Positions 25,438 through 35,994 of a DNA stretch of 64,000 nt are shown piece by piece; positions within the stretch are counted from its first letter, which is position 1; every line of letters begins with the position of its first letter. Under the pieces are notes generated by a model. It saw only the letters and a program-made list of their open reading frames with translations. It ran no database searches and had not been told where the DNA came from. The stretch spans positions 34,288,001 to 34,352,000 of the forward strand of contig OZ249440.1 in assembly GCA_965235115.1 (NCBI GenBank), given 5' to 3'. Source of the stretch: Laetmonice hystrix. Its lineage: Eukaryota. A program made the position numbers and the translations under genes.

Positions 25438-26714
25438 ATGGATGGTAAAAAACGAACGCACAGCGACGTAGATCCGGCATCATCGCCTGAAGTTTTTACA
25501 AGGACTGATACCAAGAGAGCCAACGTTCTCAACATGGCAGACCAGGAATCTAGGTCAGTGCTGGACAACATTCAGGCACAGCTCACTGAGCTGCTTACTA
25601 TGAAGCCCACACTGAACTCTGTTCAGTCATCCGTAACCGCCTTGACCAACTCTCTGACAGGACTAGTAGACAGTAGGTTGAGGGCGTAGAGGAGAAGTGC
25701 AACACTTTTGTGAAAATATGCACACAGGAAAATATTATACTAAAACGAAAACTGAAGCTACTCGAGGAAAAGCAGCTAAGGGCTGAGGTGTATTCGAGGC
25801 GAGACAACCTTAAATTTGAAGGGATTCAGGAGTCCACAAATGAAGACTTGACGGCAAAAATCAAGGACATCATCCGTGTGAAAATGCAGTGTCCGGAAGT
25901 GAACAATTGGAGGTGTGTGAGAGTTCATAGACTACCAGGAATGCAGAAACCAAGAAAGGTAATAGTCAAGTTCCATTTCTATCCAGACCGAGAAATTGTG
26001 TGGGCTAAAAGGAAATTGCTGAAGTCTTCCAATATATGGATATCCGAAGACTTTCCCAGGGAGATTGAGAGTAGACGCCAAGTACTAACGCCGATTTGGA
26101 AAGTTGCACGGAAGCTACCTGGCACACGAGCGTCACTTTCGGTGGACAGACTGATCATAAACGGTCAGACATACACGGTAGACACGATTCATAGACTTCC
26201 ATCGAGTCTAGGTCTGCAGCAAACATCCCTTGTGACTGAGGGGAATAGGGTCCTATTTTTCGGTCGCAGCTCTCCTTTCTCGAATTTCTTTCCGGCAAAT
26301 TTTCACCTGGACGGACGAAAATGGAATTGTTCGGAACAATATTACCAAGCCAAAAAAGCAGAGGAACATGAGGATACTCAGGCATATGAGGACATCATGA
26401 TTGCCAGTGAACCGGCGGAAATGTGCCGCATAGGAAAACAAATCCGACCCTCGGCGAGATGGAATCAAGGCTTAGCCAAGCAAGTGATGGAAAAAGCTAA
26501 CTTCGCCAAGTATGACCAGAACAAACACCTAATGGCCGTACTAAAATCAACTGCGGGGAAGAAGATTTATGAAGCAAACCCGAGGGATCACTACTGGGGG
26601 ATAGGTCTGGGAGTTCGAGATGCCCTCAAAAAAAACGAAAGAAAACCATTTGGAGAAAACCATTTGGGACAGACTTTGGAGAAAATTAGGAAAATGGCTC
26701 AGGCTCAGGAGTAG
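25438..26714 (+). CDS. L1-type ORF1p (coiled coil, RRM, CTD) fused to a C-terminal NADAR/YbiA domain; one frameshift near 25675
   Basis: ORF1 motifs YSRRDNLKFEGIQE, RVHRL, PRKVIVKF and WISEDFP. NADAR motifs FSNFFPA, CSEQYYQAKKA, KYDQN, IYEANPRDHYWGIG and GENHLG (about 26260-26700). Confidence 0.88.
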
Positions 26715-26792
26715 ATAAAGAGCACCAACTACACCGGACTATTGGTATTCAAGTAACTGGCAGTCAGTGGTCCCAGGTGCGAAATACTAATA

Positions 26793-27015
26793 CCGTATAT
26801 GTCCTATTTGCCGCGCATGCGCGTGTGCAGAAGGGGGGTGCGCGGCAAATGAATTATTTTAACGTTAAGGGGGCATTTTCTTTCCAAATAGGTCCCCAAT
26901 ATGAGTCCCCAATATGAGTTTTCCCAAATTTCCACCCCTGACAAACACATTGGGTTTTAAAAAATGCTGGGGTGCGCGGCAAATAGGAGGTGCGCGGCAA
27001 ATAGGACATATACGG
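26793..27015. mobile_element. Tc1/mariner-pogo-type MITE in the L1 inter-ORF region
   Basis: TIRs ccgtatatgtcctatttgccgcgca and tgcgcggcaaataggacatatacgg; TA TSD. Confidence 0.85.
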
Positions 27016-28445
27016 TAGGCCTACTTATGGCTTTGAACAGACGGAATGTACGACCGTGATGCGAGTTCAAGATCAGCTGACATACGATTGTGGTCAACTT
27101 GTTGGTATGTAGTTAATGGGGGTTAAGTAGTTGCTGGTTCAGACGGAACAGAGGATATGATAATAATGTACACTCTGGTTGAACTATCAATAGGTAAGCT
27201 TAAGGATTGTAAGATGAGCTATATATATATATGACAGTGTGGTTTAATTGAGTAGTATTGGTTTTGGTGAGCGAAACTAGGTAGAATAACTCTGGTCGAC
27301 TACTGTGATGTGGAATACCCGGTCTGGGGTATGGGTGAGGCTTAAGGAGTATAAGCCTAGTCAGACTTATCTATGACCGAATTTAGGTTTAAGGGCGGTA
27401 GATATAAGCCTATGTGGGAGCTTAAGGAGGTAAAGGCCAGTCTTATTAGGCTTTTCACCTATTTGGCTGGCGGTCAACTTAAAGATTGATTTGGTGAATA
27501 GGAAGGTGGCAACTGGAAGACGTACGTGTTTTGGTTAGTTTAATGTAGCCATGGTAATTTAAAGGTGGTGGCAGTATCGGTCTCATAGAAGTTTGAGGTC
27601 AACACCGTCTGCGACTGTGGATGACTTTTGAAAGTGAGATACATGTGCTTAACTCAAGGGACTTAAGGTATGCGATCTTGAATACTCGGTCTCGGGGGTG
27701 GGTGGTCAGACCACGAGCCAAGTCAGACCGAGCAGGGGATATGGTAATAGTGAACACTCTGGTTAAACTATCTATGGATAAACTCAAGGTTGGTAGAGTC
27801 AACCATATAGACTTTTGTGAATAAGGAACACCCGGTCTTGGGGGTATGACAGACTTAAGGAGTATAAGCCTAGACAGACTTATCTATGACCAAATTTAAA
27901 TTTAAGCCTGAGGACGGCAGATATAAGCCTATGTGGAGGCTTAAGGAGGTAAAGGCTATGTGATTTTGAATACCCGGTTTCGGGTGTGAGGGGGGCTTAA
28001 TGAGCATAAGCCAAAGGTTAATTTCTCAAGGTGGAACTATAATATCAATATTATACTAGAGGGATAGAGAGCAGGAGGTTCTGAGAATCCCGCCTCAAAA
28101 GGTGTTCTTTTCATGAGCGAAAATTTCGTTATCTTGAGGAATGCAGGAAATTGCAATACTACTTAGGTGGAAATATAGATGGAAATAGGTGGAAATGACA
28201 CCAACTTTGGGGAGCTTTCCTTCAGTGTGAACCATTTAATTACACCTTGCTATGATGCGGCTGGGCTTTATGTTATGTTATATGTTATGTGTTATGTTAT
28301 GTGTGTATGTAGAGTTGATTTATTTTTGGGGGACCGGGTTGCAGCTCGGTGGGTGCAGCAATAAGGTACAATGCAATACTTTTGCTCTCTTTCTGTCATT
28401 GGACTTATGGTATGGGTATGATCAATACAGGTTTTTTTGGGTAAA

Positions 28446-28813
28446 ATGAAATTCAAAGTAATCTCATTAAATGTCAAAGGCTTAAATGACAAAGTGGTGC
28501 GAAGTTTGGTTGGATTAAAAAAGAAAAGGCGAATATAGTATTTCTCCAAGAAACCTATTGTACCCCGGCATCAGAGAATACATGGAGAAATGAATGGGGT
28601 GGTATAATGAAGTGTAGTTTCGGAACAAGTCATAGCAGGGGTACCGTCACACTTATGAGAAAGGGCTTAGATATGGATATAGAAGATGAGGAATTGGATA
28701 CAGAGGGACGATATGTTTTTTTTAAAACAAACTTAAATGAAGAACAGTTCTGGTTTTTAAATATTTATGCACCAAATCTGGAATCACATCAGACAACTTT
28801 CTTTCAAAATATG
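28446..28813 (+). pseudogene. L1/Tx1 ORF2 N-terminus (APE), in the inverted segment
   Basis: MKFKVISLNVKGLND, FLQETY, SHSRG, EGRYV and LNIYAPN...FFQNM; it continues as FQNMSRLL on the minus strand at 25302. Confidence 0.9.
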
Positions 28814-29066
28814 TTTTTGTTGCTTTCTTTGTTTGTTCATAATTTTTGTTCATACAACTTTGTATGGAATTGTTATACTTTCCTTCTCCATCCTCCAGTT
28901 TATAAGAGAAATATTTACTGGGTACCTTTATTAAGGCCAACTTTATTATGGTGTATTTTGCAGCTTCTTTCAGTTTGTGCATGCTCGCATTTGTTGCTTT
29001 CTTTGTTCGTTCATAATTTTTGTTTGTACAACTTTGTATGGAATTGTTATACCTTCCTCCTCCATC
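28814..29066. repeat. 174-bp tandem repeat that is the L1 target; its left part lies at 8533-8623
   Basis: gttgctttctttg at 28819 and 28993; 28897-28989 matches 8533-8623. Confidence 0.85.
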
Positions 29067-30119
29067 CAAGCCAGGACGCGATCTTTTCCTGTTCAACAAC
29101 AACAAAAATGTGAAGATTAAGCATAAATCTCAGCCGGCTTTATATAAACAGCTCATTGATAGATACCTGAAAAACTGTCAGTAGAACTGGAAAGTCCCAG
29201 ATCATTGTCTGACATTTCTGACAGACATACACTTCTCAGGAATCACTGTCTACAGACACAATGTACAGGTGGACGGTGTGACCTATCTATAGACCAGCAG
29301 ACAGGGTTGGTGACTAAGTTAACATTATTAAATAATATATAAAGTTTTGTTTTGCAAACAGAATGATAACATCCGGTTTGAAGGTAAAAGAACACTGAGC
29401 TAGCAGGTCACAATCAGAAAACCATGATAGAAAAAAGTTCTTCAGGCCAGGCCAAAAATAATAAAATACCTGGTAGTTGGGCACCCGACGGGAGATTAAT
29501 CCTTTTCCAAAACGCTTTCTCCAACTTTCCCACCATTGCGGGCTGCCATCTGAAGTTCTTCCTCCCTATTATAACAGAATTAACAATTTCTGGTCATCAA
29601 CAATTTATCGCACCCTTCATTAACGCCACTACCAACAGATACATTGAAATAGCATTGGAAATGGTGAAAGATGGTGATCACTGTCTCAGACCTATATCAT
29701 GAAGACTGAATGGAATCTGAACTGAACTGTACTTGCTCCATCACATGAAGTATTGTAGATTAAAGTCATGCCAAAGAGACTTTACCGTAGATTTTGATGT
29801 AGTAATTTTGGATGTATATATCACCCAGCTAAAGCATACAATATAGACATCTGCAAATATATGATGATGTTGCAGAATTGTGTTCTACAAAAATATCTTC
29901 CATGTGGAGTAATTTTAATGGGCGATTTTAACCAAATAAGAGACGATTTTATTAAATAAACGAAGATGGTTGTATGACAGAAAGCATGAAGTCAGTAAAC
30001 TTACTATATCTCGTTATCAAATATTCATTTTGGAATCCAAGTGAGGGATTCAATGTTTACTTAAGAAAGCTTTATTTTTGAAAAAAAATAAGCCCTGTTC
30101 CGGTTCCTTTTATTGGAGC

Positions 30120-30220
30120 GATTTGGGTGAGCCATTTGAAACCGGATCCCAGAAGTGTGAGGCGATTGTCCAAGGTGTCGTAAGCCAACAGCTTAGACCA
30201 CTCGGCCACCCGAGGCCCCC
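30120..30220 (-). mobile_element. tRNA-derived SINE head (degenerate)
   Basis: Minus strand reads ggggcctcgggtggccgagtggtctaag (A box) and a degenerate B box ggtttcaaat; no cloverleaf or CCA end. Confidence 0.45.
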
Positions 30221-31450
30221 CAAATTGAGACTAACCCTAAACCTAACCTTAACGGTCAGTAAATGGCCAATAATCTAGGGACTTATCTGTCTCAATCGAT
30301 CACTAGGCATACAGGGTGTAAACTCTCCTTTTGGAAGGAGAGACTAACAAAGAAACTAATAATGCACAATTAATGTGGACTGTTGCCAGAATGCAAAATT
30401 AGGCGTGTGTAAACGAATAGGCTACCATTAATTGCTTACCTTCACCTTACATTCTAGACCTAATTTTAAAGGAGAAGTCCAGTCATAAATCACATTTGGA
30501 CAGCTGCAAGGCCTCTATATATACTCACCTTTCAGAGTAGTGGTTGAAAATAAATGTCCCCACATTCCAAGAAGTCATATGTTGAACATGACAACCGTGT
30601 CAAAATCATTAGCTTCAGTGGCACAGACATTTGTGGGGCTGGCCGGAAGTAAATTGACGTCCTTGTGCCCATCTATTGCATGTCTGGGCTGGGCTAGACT
30701 AGGCTAAAGGCAGCCGAGGCAGGTGGGCAAATCGACGGGGGTCAGTCCCACAGTCACAGTCACAACTAAATGCAACAGATCTGTGCTGACCACAGGAGTG
30801 CTGACTACCAGTGCCCGCGGTCGTAGTCAGAGTCGGGCCTGGCCCCAGATCCAGTGGTGCTGAGCTCCGTCAACATCACACCTCCGAGACCGAGTGGGAT
30901 GAATTGAATGCAGGCGGCCGAAACCCACGGCTGCCCAGTTCCGTGTCCACCCTTAAACTTCCCTTGACATCGGTAGGCTTAATTCTTAGCCATTCCTTAT
31001 CACTATGATCAACGCTTTTCATGTTTAATACCGACAAACAATTGTTCGTCCAGCGTTTTGATCACCGCTCACGAGCAGATTTTTGTTCGGGAACAAATGT
31101 TCGTCGTGTGCGGCAGCCTTAAAGAATCTGTGATTCTTGTCATCTGTTTTTGATCAATCCAGGCTTCATCCTCTGCTTCTTGCCATTCTGGCAGTTGCAA
31201 TCTGCTAGGTTCACCACCGCGCCTACCATTGAACAGGGTCAACCTGCATACGACAAGATCAACTAGGTCAAATACTAATGCTAAGTTTGTATATTAGTAA
31301 TCCTGTCTTATAGGGTCTTATTTCAGCATGGGTTCAGTAATATTTGAACACTTTTACTGCATCCTCAACCAGTGGTTCCTATTAAAATGCGATCAGCTAT
31401 ACTTTTGGGAAGTTTCTGTATCTACTCAGCTGGGTCTTGTCACCCACTAT

Positions 31451-34400
31451 ATATCTGCTTCCACCAACAGTTAAAACCTATGCTGCCGCTGTTAAACCTA
31501 CCACACGGACTTTCGCTTGTCAAACGGAGATGGTGTGGGTCAAGGGGGATAAACCTGTGACCTACCCTGATCCCGATGACAGCACAAATGAACTGCCTAA
31601 GAAAGCTGTCTCGAGTCAGCCACCTAAAAAGTCCACCTCAACACAGAGCCAGACAACCTCGGTTCCTCCTCCACAGGCCGGGCCGAGTACCAAAGAACCA
31701 ACTCCGAAAAAAGATCAACCAAGTACTAAAGAGTCATCTACAAAGAAAGATCAACCAAAAAAGAAAATAATGACAGATCGGCTGCCCAAGGCAGCCTCCA
31801 ACAATAGTGCAATAGCACTTACAAACAAATTTCAGCATCTTCAAGATGTTGAAATGGCTGATGCTACGACTTGTCGTAGTCGCAGCCTTTCCCCCAAAAT
31901 AAAATCTAGGGGGCGTTTGCCTGTTAAACCACCTTGATGGCAGGCAAATGCTTCCTTCAATGGAATTGTCGAGGTTTTAGAGCCAATTTTAAGGAGCTCA
32001 GACTTTTAGCAGAAAACCTCAATCCTCTTGCCTTTTGCCTACAAGAAACATTTCTTACTGCCCGAGACAAGGTCTCATTTAAGGGCTATCACACTTTCTT
32101 TGGTTTTGCACCAGATGGTGACCGTGCTGCTGGCGGCACTGCCATTCTGGTTCGACAAGACCTCATCCATAGCCCTATTACAATAAACACACCATTGCAA
32201 GCAATAGCCATACGCCTAACTCTACATAAAGCCATCACTGTCTGCTCCATATACATTCCCCCAAACAGTAACTTGGCCCACCAGGATCTTGATGATTTAG
32301 TGGGTCAACTGCCAACTCCGTATCTCCTTTTGGGAGATTTTAATGGTCACAATCCCTTATGGGGTGGCACCACAACTGATGGCAAGGGCAAGAGGATTGA
32401 AGAGTTCATTGATAATCATGCTCTATGCATTTTTAATGATGGTTCAAACACATACTTACATCCCGGTCATGGCACCTTTACAGCCATTGACCTTGCAATA
32501 GCCAAACCAGATCTGCTGCTGGATTTCTCCTGGAGGGTCTTGGACGACCTTTGCGGGAGTGACCACTTTCCCACCATCCTTACATATGAAGGACCCAGTA
32601 TAGGGCAAAAACAACAAAGGTGGCAACTTGAGAAAGCCGACTGGCACTCCTTCCAGGCCCTCTGTCGGGAGGAATTCAGAGCAGACAACATTAACGATCC
32701 TGAAGCAATGGATGATTTTACCTTGCTTTTAATCTCCATTGCAGACAGGACGGTTCCTAAAACCTCGACAATTCATAAACATGTCTCAAATCCATGGTTT
32801 AATGATGACTGCAAACAGGCAATTAAAGACCGGAAGAAAGCAGAACGCCTTTTTAACAGGCACCCAACTGCAGTGAACCTTACCAACTTTAAAATCATGA
32901 GAGCAAGGGCACGCCGTATCTGTAAAGAGAGACGGAGGCAGAGCTGGAGAGACTATGTCTCCAGCCTGACCTCTCGTACTCCTATCAAAAAAGTCTGGAG
33001 TATGATACGGAAACTTAAAGGCAAGGGAGGTGGTTCTGGAGTCCAACACTTAAAATATCAAGACACCCTACTAACCACCACAGATGAAATAGCGAATAAA
33101 CTGGCCAAAACATTTCAAACAAACTCCTCCTCCAGGAACTGCCTCCCTCCATTCCAAGCCATTCGTGCTCAAAAAGAGAAACAAAAACTAAACTTCCATT
33201 CTGACAACAGAGAAGAGTACAACCAACTCTTCTCTATTGAAGAACTCAAATGCTCTCTTAAAAAATCGCACGACACTGCAGTTGGACCTGACAGAATACA
33301 TTACCAATTTTTAAAACATTTACCTGATACCACCCTTCTCATACTTCTTTACATTTTCAACAATATCTGGATAACTGGTAATATACCCCGTTCCTGGCAA
33401 GAAGCAATAATCATCCCCATCCCAAAACCAGGAAAAGACCATAGTGAAGCTAACAATTACAGACCAATAGCCTTAACAAGTTGCCTGTGCAAAACCATGG
33501 AGAGAATGATTAATGATCGCCTCGTCTGGAAGCTGGAGTCTGAGCAGCTCATAACCGAGTTTCAGTGTGGCTTCCGGCGAGGGAGAAGTACTCTTGATCA
33601 TCTAATCAGACTCGAGACATACATCCGAGATGCTTTTATCAACCGTGAACATGTTGTTGCCGTATTTTTCGACCTTGAAAAGGCATACGACACAACATGG
33701 AAGTACGGCATTTTAAAAGATTTACATGATATGGGTTTTAGGGGGCGTTTGCCCCTTTTCATATCTCAGTTTTTATCCAACAGACATTTTCAAGTCAGAG
33801 TAGGCACGACCCTGTCTGACTTGCACGACCAAGAATTAGGTGTGCCTCAGGGAAGCATTTTGTCCGTTACCCTTTTTAGTATTAAGATCAACAGCATTGT
33901 TAACTCGGTTAAAACTGGCATGCCCTGCAGCCTGTTTGTCGATGACTTTGACGTCTGCTGCAGAGGCAAAAACATGAATGCCATTGAGAGGCAGCTCCAA
34001 CTCTGTCTCAACAGAATCCACACTTGGTCGGTGGAAAATGGTTTTAAGTTTTCAAAGTCTAAAACGGTCTGCATGCATTTCTGCAAACTGCGTGCTTTCC
34101 ACCTTGACCCTGAGTTGACAATGGATGGAGATCCTATCAAGGTCGTTAAGGAGACAAAGTTTCTGGGACTCACTTTTGACAGCAAGCTGTCTTTTGTCCC
34201 TCACATTAAATCACTGAAATCCAGATGCCTTAAGGCTCTGGATGTTCTCAAGGTTTTATCTGGCACAAACTGGGGGGCAGACAGTACAGTCCTTTTACAA
34301 CTGTACAGAGCTTTAATCCGGTCGAAGCTCGATTACGGTAGCATAGTTTATGGTTCTGCTTGTAAGTCTTACATTCGACTTTTGGACACGGTTCACCACC

Positions 34401-35804
34401 AGGGTTTGCGGCTTTCACTTGGGGCTTTTAGAACGTCTCCTGTTCAGAGCCTCTATGTGGAGGCCCGAGAGCCATCGCTTGACAACAGGCGTCTGAAGCT
34501 GGCTCTGCAGTATGCAGTCAAGCTCAGGACAAACAGTTCAAATCCAGCTTACAATTGCGTTTTTCACCCTCAGTTCCAACATTTATATGAAAGAAAGGAA
34601 ACGTACATACGTCCTTTTGGACTGAGGGTGAAACCTCATCTAGAGGAACTGGATGTTGATCTGCACGTCCTGGGGCAGACACATTTTTGCAACATTCCTC
34701 CTTGGGACCTGAAAAAGCCTGACGTCATTTTTCAGTTGGCTCAACTGAAGAAGTCAGAGACTCATCCCCTGACATATTTTGCACATTTTCTTGACGTCCA
34801 GGCAAGGTATCCCTCACATTATGCCTTCTATACAGATGGCTCAAAGGATGGCAGTGATGTGTCTGCGGCTGCAGTTCATGGCAAGCACAACTTCGGCACC
34901 CGCATCTCGGGGCAAAGTTCCATCTTCTCAGCAGAGGCCCGGGCCCTGCTTCTTGCCCTTGAAAATATTGAAGTTTCTAGTGAAAAGGATTTCCTTATTT
35001 TCTCGGATTCCTTATCCTGTCTGCAAGCACTTGCTAACTTGAACACAGATCACCCAGTGATCGTTCAAATCTTGTCCAAGTTGGCAGTGCTTGCCAATGC
35101 AAACTTTGATATTCACTTTTGCTGGGTGCCTGGGCATGTTGGTATCCCAGGCAATGAGCAAGCTGACAGAACTGCCAAGAGGGCTCTTGAAACAGACGTC
35201 GAACTGTGTCCAATCCCAGCCTCTGACCTCAGACCTACCATCTGGGCATACATTAAGAACAAATGGCAGGCTGAATGGGATGAACAACCAAACAATAAAT
35301 TGTACCAGATCAGTCCTGTCGTGAACCAAAGGTGTCTTCACAGCCTAACCCAACGTAGGCATGAAATTGTTTATACTCGATGCAGGATTGGTCATTCTAG
35401 ATTAACCCACGTGTTTTTATTCAAGGGGGAGCCACCTCCAGAGTGTCATGGCTGTCAGTGTCCTTTGACACTGAAGCATCTTTTACTTGAGTGTGGTGAT
35501 TTTACTCTGATCAGACAACGGTTTTATAGTGAGACAAGTCTTAAGGATCTTTTTAACAATGTCAGACCAGGAGTGATTTTAGAGTTTTTGTCAGAAGCTG
35601 GACTTCTGACTCTTTTATAGTTCAGGCTCGTCGATGGCCCGGTTGGGCTGACAGGATGGAGTGTGTTTTAATGATATTCCCGTTGGGGCCCGGGATAAAA
35701 TAGGTTCCTTTCATTTCATGGTCTTTTTAACCCTGTTTTCGCCGTGAAGATGGCCCCAGATGCCGGCACGGCGGAAAACCACCACTACTCACTCACTCAC
35801 TCAC
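31451..35804 (+). mobile_element. I-group (Nimb-like) LINE, 5'-truncated within ORF1
   Basis: (tcac)n tail; 14-bp TSD ttgtcacccactat (31437-31450 and 35805-35818); near-identical to 55900-60250. Confidence 0.95.
31937..35620 (+). CDS. I-group ORF2: APE, RT, RNase H and C-terminal zinc knuckle, intact
   Basis: QWNCRG, LQET, GDFN, GSDH, YRPIALTS, FFDLEKAYD, GVPQGS, LFVDD, FYTDGS, WVPGHVGIPGNEQAD and CHGC...HLLLEC motifs. Confidence 0.97.
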   Translation: MAGKCFLQWNCRGFRANFKELRLLAENLNPLAFCLQETFLTARDKVSFKGYHTFFGFAPDGDRAAGGTAILVRQDLIHSPITINTPLQAIAIRLTLHKAITVCSIYIPPNSNLAHQDLDDLVGQLPTPYLLLGDFNGHNPLWGGTTTDGKGKRIEEFIDNHALCIFNDGSNTYLHPGHGTFTAIDLAIAKPDLLLDFSWRVLDDLCGSDHFPTILTYEGPSIGQKQQRWQLEKADWHSFQALCREEFRADNINDPEAMDDFTLLLISIADRTVPKTSTIHKHVSNPWFNDDCKQAIKDRKKAERLFNRHPTAVNLTNFKIMRARARRICKERRRQSWRDYVSSLTSRTPIKKVWSMIRKLKGKGGGSGVQHLKYQDTLLTTTDEIANKLAKTFQTNSSSRNCLPPFQAIRAQKEKQKLNFHSDNREEYNQLFSIEELKCSLKKSHDTAVGPDRIHYQFLKHLPDTTLLILLYIFNNIWITGNIPRSWQEAIIIPIPKPGKDHSEANNYRPIALTSCLCKTMERMINDRLVWKLESEQLITEFQCGFRRGRSTLDHLIRLETYIRDAFINREHVVAVFFDLEKAYDTTWKYGILKDLHDMGFRGRLPLFISQFLSNRHFQVRVGTTLSDLHDQELGVPQGSILSVTLFSIKINSIVNSVKTGMPCSLFVDDFDVCCRGKNMNAIERQLQLCLNRIHTWSVENGFKFSKSKTVCMHFCKLRAFHLDPELTMDGDPIKVVKETKFLGLTFDSKLSFVPHIKSLKSRCLKALDVLKVLSGTNWGADSTVLLQLYRALIRSKLDYGSIVYGSACKSYIRLLDTVHHQGLRLSLGAFRTSPVQSLYVEAREPSLDNRRLKLALQYAVKLRTNSSNPAYNCVFHPQFQHLYERKETYIRPFGLRVKPHLEELDVDLHVLGQTHFCNIPPWDLKKPDVIFQLAQLKKSETHPLTYFAHFLDVQARYPSHYAFYTDGSKDGSDVSAAAVHGKHNFGTRISGQSSIFSAEARALLLALENIEVSSEKDFLIFSDSLSCLQALANLNTDHPVIVQILSKLAVLANANFDIHFCWVPGHVGIPGNEQADRTAKRALETDVELCPIPASDLRPTIWAYIKNKWQAEWDEQPNNKLYQISPVVNQRCLHSLTQRRHEIVYTRCRIGHSRLTHVFLFKGEPPPECHGCQCPLTLKHLLLECGDFTLIRQRFYSETSLKDLFNNVRPGVILEFLSEAGLLTLL

Positions 35805-35994
35805 TTGTCACCCACTATTACAACCAATAATTGTATAATTGGCTGCGTTACTGGCCGTGGTCATTTAGGAAGAAGACAAAGTCAATTAAGAATGTGATAA
35901 GCTGATTAACAGTATAGTAAATGCTATAAATGACATCAACCCTTGTACAATACAGCTTGTACAGCTTGAATATTCACGCCCACGGCTGCTCTTC

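Larger units (their letters stand above)
8624..28813 (-). mobile_element. L1/Tx1-type non-LTR retrotransposon, near full length, 5' half (25303-28813) inverted, with nested insertions
   Basis: Poly(A) of 18 nt at 8624-8641 with an upstream AATAAA on the minus strand. ORF2 pieces on the minus strand join across the insertions. ORF1 and the ORF2 N-terminus lie on the plus strand. The flanks (...gctcgca | tttgttgctttc...) rejoin as one unit of a 174-bp tandem repeat. Confidence 0.9.

Noticed and set aside
25303..25440. HDV-like ribozyme at the L1 5' end (starts ggccgg)
   Set aside because: I could not build the nested double pseudoknot by eye; an Infernal search would be needed.
24612..25571. 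319-aa minus-strand ORF as a signal-peptide protein
   Set aside because: It is a chimera: antisense of the inverted 5' UTR/ORF1 joined to the ORF2 endonuclease half and ending in Helentron sequence.
25710..26714. NADAR ORFs as bacterial contamination or a DarT-NADAR toxin-antitoxin operon
   Set aside because: Both are fused to LINE ORF1 and sit upstream of APE-RT ORF2 in eukaryotic repeat context; I recognised no ADP-ribosyltransferase ORF in the window.
28607..29113. 168-aa ORF with a hydrophobic repeated C-terminus
   Set aside because: It is the endonuclease N-terminus running past the inversion breakpoint into the 174-bp target repeat.
30120..30220. tRNA gene
   Set aside because: An A box is present but there is no cloverleaf or acceptor stem; it fits a SINE head better.
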